From the NCBI RefSeq assembly GCF_905210055.1, contig NZ_CAJLVH010000001.1: a stretch of DNA of 64,000 nucleotides; one strand, 5' to 3'. A program made the translations under genes and the position numbers. This document shows, piece by piece, positions 50,277 to 59,562 of this stretch; the first letter of the stretch is position 1; each line of letters begins with the position of its first letter. This stretch comes from an uncultured Enorma sp. (GTDB lineage: Bacteria; Actinomycetota; Coriobacteriia; Coriobacteriales; Coriobacteriaceae). A model generated the notes under the pieces. That model worked only from the letters and a program-made list of their open reading frames with translations. It was not told the DNA's origin and made no database searches.

Positions 50277-51179
50277 CTATCGGCTATGCGGATCGAGCGA
50301 ATCGGTGAGGCCGTCGCCCAGGAGGTTGAAGCACAGCGAGGTGATAAGCACCGCGATGCCGGGGAACACGATGAGATACGGCGCGGTGCGGATGAGCGGC
50401 AGCGCGTCGTTGATCATGGCGCCCCACTCGGGCGTGGGCGGCTGGATGCCCATGCCGAGGAAGCTCATGCTCGAGGCCGAGATGATGGAGCCCGAGATGT
50501 TCATGAGCACGTTCACGAGGATGGGGCCGAATGCGTTCGGCAGCACGTGGCGCCAGATGATCTGCGGCGTGGTGACGCCCGCGGCGCGCGCGGCCTCGAC
50601 GTATTCATTCTGCACGACGCCGATGACGATGGAGCGCACGATGCGCGCCGTGCCCGGCACGCTCGTCACCACGAGGGCGATGATGATGCCGTGCATGCCG
50701 CGGCCGATGACCGCCACGAGGGCGAGCATGAGCAGAAGCGACGGGATGCACACGAGCGAGTCCATGATGCGCATGACCACGATGTCGAACGTGCCGCCCA
50801 GGTAGGCGCAGGCAGAGCCGATGGCCGTGCCGATGACGAGCGAGAGCGCCGCCGTGGTGAGGCCGAAGAACAGCGAGTAGCGCGCGCCGTAGATGGTGCG
50901 GGCGAACACGTCGCGTCCGAAGGAGTCCGTGCCGAACCAGTGCTCCGCCGAGGGCGGCTGCAGGCGTGCCGAGGCGGTGATGGCCGTGATCTGCTCCTCG
51001 CTGAAGATGAAGCCGGAGACGACGGCAGCGATGAGGATGAGAACGAGCACCACGAGCGCCACGACGGAGATCTTATGCCGCATGAACGCGTTGACGACGT
51101 CGCGGGTCTGGCTGCCGCCCGTTTCGACGGCGGCCTTCACGAGCTTCTCCTCGCGCTTCTTGGATCGTTTCGTAACCAT
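50277..51179 (-). CDS. Peptide ABC permease (OppC/DppC-like)
   Basis: HWFGTDSFGRD, EYVEAARAAG, HVLPN, SFLGMG..PPTPEWG. Confidence 0.94.
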   Translation of the reverse strand: MVTKRSKKREEKLVKAAVETGGSQTRDVVNAFMRHKISVVALVVLVLILIAAVVSGFIFSEEQITAITASARLQPPSAEHWFGTDSFGRDVFARTIYGARYSLFFGLTTAALSLVIGTAIGSACAYLGGTFDIVVMRIMDSLVCIPSLLLMLALVAVIGRGMHGIIIALVVTSVPGTARIVRSIVIGVVQNEYVEAARAAGVTTPQIIWRHVLPNAFGPILVNVLMNISGSIISASSMSFLGMGIQPPTPEWGAMINDALPLIRTAPYLIVFPGIAVLITSLCFNLLGDGLTDSLDPHSR

Positions 51180-51185
51180 GCGTCA

Positions 51186-52111
51186 TCACGCCTTTTCAAT
51201 GCTGTCGCGGAACTTGGGGTTGAGCAGGGCGTTCACCAAGTCGAGCACGAGCATGATGAGCATGTAGGTGAACGAGAGGAAGAGCGTCGCGCCCAGCACG
51301 ATGGGCGTGTCCTTCATGTTGATGGCGTTCAGGATGGCGCTGCCGAAGCCCGGCAGGCCGAAGACCTGCTCGGCGATGATGGCTCCACCGAGAAGCCCTG
51401 CGAAGCTCATGCCGAGGTTCGTGAGCACGGGCATCATGGCGTTGCGGATGACGTGGATGAACACGATGCGATTCTCGCCCGCGCCCTTCGCCCGCGCCGT
51501 GCGCACGTAGTCCTGGTTGAACTCGTCGAGCATGGTGATGCGCACCATGCGCGCCACGTAGGCCGCGCTCGGCAGGGCGAGCGTGGCGACGGGCAGCACG
51601 AGGTGGCGCCGATGCCGTGCGAGGGGAGGATGCCCAGCTGCAGGGAGAAGAGCAGCATGAACATGAGACCGAGCCAGAAGCTCGGGATGGAGGCGAAGAG
51701 GAGCGCCACCGTGGTGGTGCCCACGTCGACCGCCGTGCCCTTTTTCAGGGCCGCGAGCACGCCGATGGGGATGCCGAGCGCCGCGGAGAAGAGCACCGCG
51801 AGGAAGGCCACCGTGAGCGTGGTGGGGAACTTGGGGATGAGGATGTTCGCCACCGAGTTGTGCTGGGTGTACGACTCGCCGAAGTCACCCTGGAGGGCGC
51901 CGGCCATGTAGTCGATATAGCGCTCGGGCAGCGGGCGGTCGTAGCCAACGGAGTGGTTGAACGCCTCGATCTGCTCGGGCGTGGCGTTCACGCCGAGCGC
52001 CGCCTGTCCGGGCGTGCCGGGTGAGAGCGACAGCACCACGAAGGTGAGCACCGACACGATGAACACCGACGGGATGATGAACAGGATGCGCTTGATCATG
52101 TATTTCAGCAT
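51186..52111 (-). pseudogene. Peptide ABC permease (OppB/DppB-like), frameshifted near 51608
   Basis: MLKYMIKR..GDFGES..SIPSFWLG..LPSHGIG in one frame; RHLVLP..QDYVRTARAKG..FGLPGFG in another. Confidence 0.85.
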
Positions 52112-54090
52112 GAGCCGATTCCTTCCAGGTGCTCCTCCAGGAAGAGGTGCATCTCGGCGATGGTGTGCCAGAACTCATCCGGCGTGCCGCCGCGGTTGTG
52201 GCTGCCGTGCGCCAGCACGCGCAGCAGGATGGGCGCGTCCCCGGTCGTCGCGGCCTGCATGCGGGCGGCGAATTTCTTGCCGTGGTAGGGCGGGACGTTG
52301 TTGTCGCACTCGCCCGTCTGGATGTAGGTGGGCGGGTAGGCGACCTCGCGCACATTGAAGTAGGGGGAGTACGAGAGCAGGTACTCGAACATCTCCTTCG
52401 AGGCGCGCGGGTCGCCGTACTCGGTGATGTACATGGGCCCGCGGTCGTCGTCGGCGACGTGGATCATGTCGGTCTGGGGCACGGAGTCGATCACGCAGCC
52501 CCACAGGTCCGGGCGCATGGTCACGAGCGCGCTCATGAGCAGGCCGCCGTTCGAGCAGCCCACGATGCCGATGTTGCCGGCGCGCGTCCAGCCGTCCTCG
52601 ATGAGCTGCTCGGTGACGCCGATGAAGTCCTCGTAGCAGTGGCGCTTGGAGTCGAGCATGCCGGCCTCGTGCCACGCCGGGCCGTACTCGCTGCCGCCGC
52701 GCAGGTTGAGCTGGACGTACACGCCGCCGGCCTCCACCCAGCGCGGGACCTCGGTCATCGAGACGAGCTCGGTGTACCAGGGCAGGGTTGGGCTGTTGTA
52801 GCCGCCGTAGGCGTACATGAGCGCGGGCGCGGTGCCGTCGGGCTTCGCGTCGCGGGCGCGCACGAGTTGGTAGGGGATGAGCGTGCCGTCGCCCGTGGAG
52901 GGGGCGAAGTGCTGCTCCACCACGATGTCGGGATGGGTGGCGTCGCTCGTGGCGTAGACCTTCTCGAAGCGCTCGCCGTCGAAGGCCAGGATGCACGGGG
53001 GCATGGTGAAGCTCTGGAACGAGAGGAAGGCGCGGGCGTCGTCCTTGCCGGCCACGCTAAGCTCACCCATGGGGTCGGGCAGCTCGATGGCCTCGCCCGT
53101 GGCGACGTCGATGAGGCGGGCGCTCACGTCCTCGAGGGCGAGCGCGTAGAGCTTGCCCGCGCACGAGAAGCCGCCCGTGAGGAAGAAGCGATCCTGCGGG
53201 GCGAGCACGGTGCGCCGGGTCCCGTCGTTCGCGACGGCGACGACCTCGCCGTGGTCGTTCGCGCTCGTGGAGACGAAGCAATGGCCGTCGGCCGTGGTGT
53301 CGATGTACTGCCACGCCTCGGGCGCCTCGGAGAGGCGGTGCACCGCGCCGGTGGCGGTGTCGCAGGCGTACCACAGCGCGCGGGAGTAGTCGCCCGCCGC
53401 GCCGAAGAGCGCCCAGCGGCCGTCGCCGGACATCTCGACGTAGGCGATGATGTAGTTCTCGTCCGGGGCGAAGAGTGTCTCCTCGATGCCCGTCGCGGGG
53501 TCGTAGCAGCGCCAGGAGCTGCGGCACTCGTGCGTCTCGAGGCTCGACTCGGTGAGCGCGTAGTAGATCTTGCCCGTCGCGCGCGACCACGCGATGGAGA
53601 ACGTGCCGTCGGCCTTGAAGACGGGCTCCTCGCGCTCGAGGTCGTAGACGACCACGGACGGGCGCGCCGCGCCCATGTGCTGGGCGAAGAGGCCGATGAT
53701 GTCGGTGCGGCCGGGCGCGGGCAGCGCGCGGAAGAGCTCGAGGTCGCCGAGGCCGGGCAGGTCCTTCAGGGTGCCCGCCTCGTTGAAGTCGGCGTCGAGG
53801 ACCGCGATGTCGTAGCCGCCGCCGTCGGTGGAGCGCGAGGTCACGTAGCCCGCTCCGAGGGGCTCGACCGTCATGTAGTTCTCGGGCAGCTGCGTCGCCT
53901 TGAGCTGGGCGATCTTCTCGTCGACGCCGCGGTCGGCGAAGTAGGCGTCCGTGTAGGCGTTCTCGCGCGCCACGAAGTCGCGCACCTCGGGGTCGTCCTT
54001 GTCGCGCAGCCAGGTGTAGGGGTCGGGGAGCTCGATGCCGTGCCAGTTCTCAACCACGTCGACCGTCTTGCACTCAGGGTAGTTCCTCAT
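52105..54090 (-). CDS. Prolyl oligopeptidase family (S9A) serine peptidase
   Basis: DPYTWL, YAYGGY, NLRGGSEYG..WH, GCSNGGLL nucleophile, EYGDP, DNNV, HGSH. Confidence 0.93.
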   Translation of the reverse strand: MRNYPECKTVDVVENWHGIELPDPYTWLRDKDDPEVRDFVARENAYTDAYFADRGVDEKIAQLKATQLPENYMTVEPLGAGYVTSRSTDGGGYDIAVLDADFNEAGTLKDLPGLGDLELFRALPAPGRTDIIGLFAQHMGAARPSVVVYDLEREEPVFKADGTFSIAWSRATGKIYYALTESSLETHECRSSWRCYDPATGIEETLFAPDENYIIAYVEMSGDGRWALFGAAGDYSRALWYACDTATGAVHRLSEAPEAWQYIDTTADGHCFVSTSANDHGEVVAVANDGTRRTVLAPQDRFFLTGGFSCAGKLYALALEDVSARLIDVATGEAIELPDPMGELSVAGKDDARAFLSFQSFTMPPCILAFDGERFEKVYATSDATHPDIVVEQHFAPSTGDGTLIPYQLVRARDAKPDGTAPALMYAYGGYNSPTLPWYTELVSMTEVPRWVEAGGVYVQLNLRGGSEYGPAWHEAGMLDSKRHCYEDFIGVTEQLIEDGWTRAGNIGIVGCSNGGLLMSALVTMRPDLWGCVIDSVPQTDMIHVADDDRGPMYITEYGDPRASKEMFEYLLSYSPYFNVREVAYPPTYIQTGECDNNVPPYHGKKFAARMQAATTGDAPILLRVLAHGSHNRGGTPDEFWHTIAEMHLFLEEHLEGIGSC

Positions 54091-54091
54091 G

Positions 54092-55243
54092 CTAGGCCTC
54101 CTCGGAAAAGACCGTCGCGCCGTCGATGATGACGCGCTTGAGCACGGCGTCCGTGGCCTCGGAGGGCAGCGCGGTCCAGATGCAGAGGTCGGCGTCCTTG
54201 CCCACCTCGAGCGTGCCCACGCGGTCCTCGACGCCGATGATGCGCGCGGCGTTCGACGTGACCATGGCGAGCGCGCGCACCGGGTCCATGCCCCAGCGGA
54301 CGGCTTCGCCCATCTCGAAGATGAGCTGGTTCTTCACGGTGATGGGGCCGTCGGTCATGACGGCCACGGGGATGCCGCGCTCGTCCAGGCCGGCGCAGCA
54401 CTCGGGGTCGAGCTTGCCGCCCTCGCCCGGGAAGAGGGGCTCGGCGGTGGGCCCGAAGATGACGCCGCGCACGTGCGGGTCGGAGAGCGTGTCGTAGAAG
54501 TCGCTCGCGCCCTGGGCGTGGTCGATGGTGACCTCGATGTCGAAGTCGCGGGCGATCTCGACCACCTGGGTCATGTCGTGCATGTAGGTGTGGACCTTGA
54601 GCGGGATCTCCTTCTTGAGGACGGGGATGCCGTGCTCGAGGCCGAGGTCGAACTCGGGCGCCTGCTTCTCGGGATCGGCTGCCGCCTCCTCCTTCCGGCG
54701 CAGGTAGTCCTGGACGTCACGCAGGTAGGAACGGAGCAGGTAGATGATGCTCATGCGGGTCATGGGGCTCTTGGTCTGCTTGGAGTACACGCCCTTGGGG
54801 TTGATGCCCGTGGCGGCCTTGAGCACGGCGGGGTGCTTGATGAGGCGGTCGTCGCCCGCGCTCTTGAGCACGATGCCCCAGCCGCCGATGACGTTGCCGG
54901 AGCCCGGCACGAGACAGCTCGTGGTGATGCCCTGCTCGAGGTTCCTCTCGAAAAACTCGCTCGTGGGGTCGATGCCGTAGAGGGCGTCGAGCTCGGGCGT
55001 GCGGGGCGTCGTGAGCTCGTTCAGATCCTGCTGCTCGCCGTGGCCGCCGAAGCCGCCCACGTGGCTGTGCGCGTCCACGAAGCCGGGCGTCACGACCATG
55101 CCGGCGGCGTCGATGACCTCGGCGCCGGGGATATCGATCGTCTCGGCGATCGCGGCGATCTTGCCGCCGTCGATGGCGATGTCGGCGCGCGTCACGCCCG
55201 TCTCGGCCATGGTGTAGAGGGTGGCTCCCTTGATCACATGCAT
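54092..55243 (-). CDS. Amidohydrolase with intact binuclear metal site
   Basis: PGFVDAHSH, LKAATG, KVH, IDH, MTDGP, GTLEVGKDAD. Confidence 0.92.
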   Translation of the reverse strand: MHVIKGATLYTMAETGVTRADIAIDGGKIAAIAETIDIPGAEVIDAAGMVVTPGFVDAHSHVGGFGGHGEQQDLNELTTPRTPELDALYGIDPTSEFFERNLEQGITTSCLVPGSGNVIGGWGIVLKSAGDDRLIKHPAVLKAATGINPKGVYSKQTKSPMTRMSIIYLLRSYLRDVQDYLRRKEEAAADPEKQAPEFDLGLEHGIPVLKKEIPLKVHTYMHDMTQVVEIARDFDIEVTIDHAQGASDFYDTLSDPHVRGVIFGPTAEPLFPGEGGKLDPECCAGLDERGIPVAVMTDGPITVKNQLIFEMGEAVRWGMDPVRALAMVTSNAARIIGVEDRVGTLEVGKDADLCIWTALPSEATDAVLKRVIIDGATVFSEEA

Positions 55244-56400
55244 GTCTTCTCGTCCCCTTCCGCGTAGACGACCTCGCCGGCCTGGAAGGTGCGCACCGCA
55301 TGCGCATCGTAGGTCTTGAGGGGGTTCGCGCTCCATACGCACACGTCGGCGCGCATGCCGGGCGCGATGGCGCCGATGGTGTCCCCGACGCCCAGGATCT
55401 TCGCCGGGGCGGAGGTGATGGCGGTGAGCACGCGCTCCTCGTCGTGGAGCTCCTTCATGAGCTCGGCCGCGTTCCAGATGAGGTCCTCGCGCGCGCCGAG
55501 GGTGTTGGAGTACTCGCCGGCGAGCGCCACGTCGACGCCCTTGTCCATGAGCTTGGCGACGGCCTTCCACGAGAAGGGCGCGGGGGCGCCGGCCTCGTCG
55601 AGCGGGGAGCTCGGGTTGCGCACGATGAGCGACACGCCGCGCTCGACCATCCAGTCCTCGTCGCCCGTGAGGCCCGAGCCGTTCATGACGACGAACCGCA
55701 CCTTGGGATACTTTGCGAGGATGTCGCGGACGTGCGCGATGGCGACGCCGCTGTCGCACGAGACGATGAGCGGCATCTCGCCCTCGACCACGGGCTTGAG
55801 CGCCGCGAGCTTGTCGTTCGGCTTCTCCTCGGGCTTGGGATCGTAGGCCTCGGCCAGGCGGAGCTGCTCGTCGAAGTGGGTGAAGATCCACATGCGGGTC
55901 TGCGGGGCGGCGCCGCGCTTGCCGTAGGCGTCGCGCATGCTGCCCATGACGGAGGCCGCCATGGCGACGTTGCGCTTGATGAGGAGGTCGTAGGGGTTCA
56001 CGCCCGTGAGGCCGACGACGGAGACGGTGCCGCCGAAGAGGTTGTTGTCCGTGGGGGCGACGCCCTGCGCCGTGAGGCCCCAGGCGCCGAACTGCTGCGT
56101 CGTGGCGGCGCGGCCGTTGAACGCGTAGAACGCCTCGAGCTCCGGCGTGATGGGATCGGAGAGCTCGTCGTTGTCCTGGGAGGACGGGCGGATCTCGGTC
56201 ATGGAGCCGTTGACGCCCCAGTGGCCGATCGCCTGGACGAAGCCGGGCATGACCTCCATTCCGGCGGCGTCGAAGACCTCCTCGCCCTCGCAGGCCGTGA
56301 GATCCGGGGCGACCTCGGTGATCTTGCCGTCTTCGATGCGGACGCTCGCAGGGAACGCGCTGCCCCTGCCATCATGGACGGTGCCGTTTGCGATGAGCAT
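55234..56400 (-). CDS. Amidohydrolase-fold protein with degenerate metal ligands
   Basis: Colinear with neighbour (NGTV, DAAGM..PGFV, GAIAPGMRAD) but PGFVQAIGH replaces DAHSH. Confidence 0.85.
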   Translation of the reverse strand: MLIANGTVHDGRGSAFPASVRIEDGKITEVAPDLTACEGEEVFDAAGMEVMPGFVQAIGHWGVNGSMTEIRPSSQDNDELSDPITPELEAFYAFNGRAATTQQFGAWGLTAQGVAPTDNNLFGGTVSVVGLTGVNPYDLLIKRNVAMAASVMGSMRDAYGKRGAAPQTRMWIFTHFDEQLRLAEAYDPKPEEKPNDKLAALKPVVEGEMPLIVSCDSGVAIAHVRDILAKYPKVRFVVMNGSGLTGDEDWMVERGVSLIVRNPSSPLDEAGAPAPFSWKAVAKLMDKGVDVALAGEYSNTLGAREDLIWNAAELMKELHDEERVLTAITSAPAKILGVGDTIGAIAPGMRADVCVWSANPLKTYDAHAVRTFQAGEVVYAEGDEKTCM

Positions 56401-56872
56401 GGACCCTCCTTTTTGATATATACGACCATGAAACTAAATCACTTTGACAAAGTGGCGCATAGTTTGTATACAGGGGTCACCCCGGTTCCAGAAACGAAAC
56501 AATTGCTGGAGGCGCGTGCGCCCAGGGCGTGCGTGTATCGTTTAGAGTCCCGTATTCGCGCATCTGTATTCAATAACATGGCAATTTGCTTGAATAGCAT
56601 TCTGCGTCCCGGATATGCCCGCATTCGTGCTCATCTTGCCTCCGGGTGGGCACTGGTTCCCATGCGGCGGTATGCGCGCCCTCGCCCCGCCGCGTCTCCC
56701 TGCGCGCCCTGCCCTCCTGTGCAGCGCCGCGCCCGACTCTCCCGTCCCGCGCCCCATCCCTAGCCGCTGCCGCCGGGGCGCCGTTCGGATAACCACGCCG
56801 GGTTCATATCCCTGTCCGGGCGGGCAGGTATACTAAGTGCGCTCAACCCGGAACGTTCGGAGGTCCGCTTCC

Positions 56873-59488
56873 ATGCCCACGTACGCTGTAGACATCGATT
56901 CGCTCAACCCCGCGCAGCGGGAGGCCGTGCTCACCACCGAGGGGCCGCTTCTGGTACTCGCCGGCGCGGGTTCGGGCAAGACGCGCGTGCTCACCTACCG
57001 CATCGCGCACATCGTGGCCGATCTGGACGTCCGCCCGTGGCGCATCCTCGCCATCACCTTCACCAACAAGGCGGCGGCCGAGATGCGCGAGCGCCTGCAG
57101 GCGCTCCTGCCGGACGGCACGCGCGGCATGTGGGTGTGCACGTTCCACGCCATGTGCGTGCGCATGCTGCGCGAGGACGCCGACCTGCTGGGCTACACCG
57201 GGCAGTTCACCATCTATGACGACGACGATTCGCGCCGCATGGTGCGCGACATCATGCAGGCGCTCGGCATCGAGCAGAAGCAGTTCCCGCTCAACATGAT
57301 CCGCTCGAAGATCAGTGCGGCGAAAAACGCCATGGTAGGGCCGGAGGAATTCAGCCGCATGGCGAACACGCCGCCCGAGCAGAAGGCTGCGCAGGTGTAC
57401 CTCGAGCTCGAGCGGCGCTTGCGCGCGGCGAACGCTATGGACTTCGACGACCTTCTGGTGCGTGCGCTCGAGCTGCTGCGCACGCGCCCCGAGGTGCTCG
57501 AGAAGTATCAGGAGCGTTTCCGCTACATCAGCGTGGACGAGTACCAGGATACGAACCACGTGCAGTACGAGATCGCGAACCTCTTGGCCGCGAAGTATCA
57601 GAATCTCATGGTGGTGGGTGACGACGACCAGTCAATCTACAGCTGGCGCGGCGCGGACATCTCGAACATCCTCGATTTCGAGCAGGACTTCCCCCAGGCG
57701 CGCGTCGTGAAGCTCGAGCAGAACTACCGCTCCACGGGGCACATCCTCTCGGCAGCCAACGCCGTGGTGCGCCATAACTCGCAGCGCAAGGACAAGCGCC
57801 TGTTCACGGCGGAGGGCGACGGCGAGAAGATCCAGGCCTACCAGGCGAGTGACGAGCGCGACGAAGGCCGTTGGATCGCCGGCGAGATCGAGAAGCTGCA
57901 CGCCGGCGGCATGAGCTACGACGACATCGCGGTGTTCTATCGCACGAATGCTCAGTCGCGCATCCTGGAAGATATGTTCTTGCGCGCGGGCGTGCCCTAC
58001 AAGATCGTGGGCGGTACGCGCTTCTTCGATCGTGCGGAAATCCGCGACGTCATGGCCTACCTCAAGATGGTGGTGAACCCGGCTGACGAGATGAGCGTGA
58101 AGCGTGTCATCAACACGCCGCGTCGCGGCATCGGCTCGACCTCCATCGCCAAGATCGAGGCGCTCGCGCGGCAGAACCGCTGCAGCTTCTTCCAGGCGTG
58201 CGAGTTCGCGTGCGCCGAGACGAGCATGTTCAGCGCTAAGGTGCGTGCTGCGCTCGGCGATTTCGTGGCGCTCGTGCGCGAGGGCCGTCGCATGGACGGC
58301 GAGCTCCAGCGCGTGGTCGAGGCGATTGTGGAAAAGAGCGGCCTGGTGCAGGCGCTGCGTGCGGAAGGCACGATGGAGGCCGAGGGTCGCGTGGAGAACA
58401 TTCAGGAATTCCTGGGCGTTGCCGCGGAATTTGAAGAGAGCCACGACGACATCGAGGGCACGCTCGAGAGCCTGGAAGAGCTCCGCGCCGCCGGCCTCGC
58501 CGACCTGACATTGGGCGACCCGCCAGAGGGGACGGGGGATATTGGCTGGGGCGCGGGGGACAACGTCCCGTTCCCCAGCGCAAACGCATCTGTGGACGGT
58601 CTGCCGGTGGGCGCGGCAATGGCTCCCGCGCCCCAGCCAATATCCCCCGTCCCCTCTGGCGGGTCGGCACCCGGTGAGATCGAGCGCACGTATGGCCCCT
58701 TGGCTTGCGCCGCGTTGCCGGCGCTGCTCGAGTGGCTTGCGCTCCGCAGCGACCTCGACGCACTTGCGGGGGAGAGTCGCGCCATCACCATGATGACCGT
58801 GCACTCCGCGAAGGGTTTGGAGTTCCCGGCGGTGTTCGTCGCCGGCCTCGAAGAGGGCATCTTCCCGCACGTCGCCGGCTTCAGCGATGATCCGGCCAAG
58901 CTCGAGGAGGAGCGCCGCCTCGCTTACGTCGCCATCACGCGCGCCCGCAAGCGCCTCTTCCTCACGTATGCTGCCACGCGCCGCACCTACGGCTCCACGC
59001 AAACGAACCCCCGCAGCCGCTTCGTGGGTGAGATTCCTGCCTCGGACATCGAGTTTTCTGGTGTCGGCTCTGCCGGCTTCGAGGGTACGGGCTGGGAGAA
59101 GCGCGGCGACCGACATGGCACGTTCGGATCCGGCAGAGGTTCAGATATGTACGGCGGCCGCGTGTTCGGCTCGTTCACGCGCTCGGCAGGCGGCGCACAG
59201 CGCCATCACGGCATCAGCCCCGATGCCGGCCTTAAGCCGGCGACCTTCGGCAGCGGCACGAGTCGCGTTGCTCGCGGTGCAGCTCCAGCGCCAAAGGTTG
59301 AGCAACGCAGGCCAGACGCCGCGCGCGCGGCCGAGGTCTTCGCGCCCGGCGACACCGTGAGCCACAAGACGTTCGGCCAGGGCACCGTCATCTCCGCCTC
59401 GGGCGACATGATCGAGGTCAAGTTCGAGAAGACCGGCCAGGTGAAGAAACTCATGAAGGGCTTTGCGCCTATCGTGAAGGTAGGGTAG
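56873..59488 (+). CDS. pcrA: ATP-dependent DNA helicase PcrA/UvrD
   Basis: LAGAGSGKT, TFTNKAA, VDEYQD, GDDDQSIY, LEQNYRS, HSAKGLEF, EERRLAYVAITRA, C-terminal Tudor-like domain. Confidence 0.97.
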   Translation: MPTYAVDIDSLNPAQREAVLTTEGPLLVLAGAGSGKTRVLTYRIAHIVADLDVRPWRILAITFTNKAAAEMRERLQALLPDGTRGMWVCTFHAMCVRMLREDADLLGYTGQFTIYDDDDSRRMVRDIMQALGIEQKQFPLNMIRSKISAAKNAMVGPEEFSRMANTPPEQKAAQVYLELERRLRAANAMDFDDLLVRALELLRTRPEVLEKYQERFRYISVDEYQDTNHVQYEIANLLAAKYQNLMVVGDDDQSIYSWRGADISNILDFEQDFPQARVVKLEQNYRSTGHILSAANAVVRHNSQRKDKRLFTAEGDGEKIQAYQASDERDEGRWIAGEIEKLHAGGMSYDDIAVFYRTNAQSRILEDMFLRAGVPYKIVGGTRFFDRAEIRDVMAYLKMVVNPADEMSVKRVINTPRRGIGSTSIAKIEALARQNRCSFFQACEFACAETSMFSAKVRAALGDFVALVREGRRMDGELQRVVEAIVEKSGLVQALRAEGTMEAEGRVENIQEFLGVAAEFEESHDDIEGTLESLEELRAAGLADLTLGDPPEGTGDIGWGAGDNVPFPSANASVDGLPVGAAMAPAPQPISPVPSGGSAPGEIERTYGPLACAALPALLEWLALRSDLDALAGESRAITMMTVHSAKGLEFPAVFVAGLEEGIFPHVAGFSDDPAKLEEERRLAYVAITRARKRLFLTYAATRRTYGSTQTNPRSRFVGEIPASDIEFSGVGSAGFEGTGWEKRGDRHGTFGSGRGSDMYGGRVFGSFTRSAGGAQRHHGISPDAGLKPATFGSGTSRVARGAAPAPKVEQRRPDAARAAEVFAPGDTVSHKTFGQGTVISASGDMIEVKFEKTGQVKKLMKGFAPIVKVG
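58516..58666. repeat. REPIN-like element inside pcrA, in frame
   Basis: Perfect 42-bp inverted repeat 58516-58557 / 58625-58666 containing GGGGACGGGGGATATTGGCTGG. Confidence 0.9.
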
Positions 59489-59562
59489 CGAGCGCTGCGG
59501 AGTAATACGCGCTAGAATGGTTCCTCGCTTTCAATGCTGATAGGGATGGCAACGGGGGAATC

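Noticed and set aside
48606..51911. 1101-aa plus-strand ORF, and similar long ORFs at 52129-54129, 46810-48687 and 45299-46828
   Set aside because: Antisense shadows of high-GC3 genes on the minus strand; no motifs, composition typical of reverse-frame reading
56850..56860. LexA box before pcrA
   Set aside because: GAACGTTC has no 4-nt spacer
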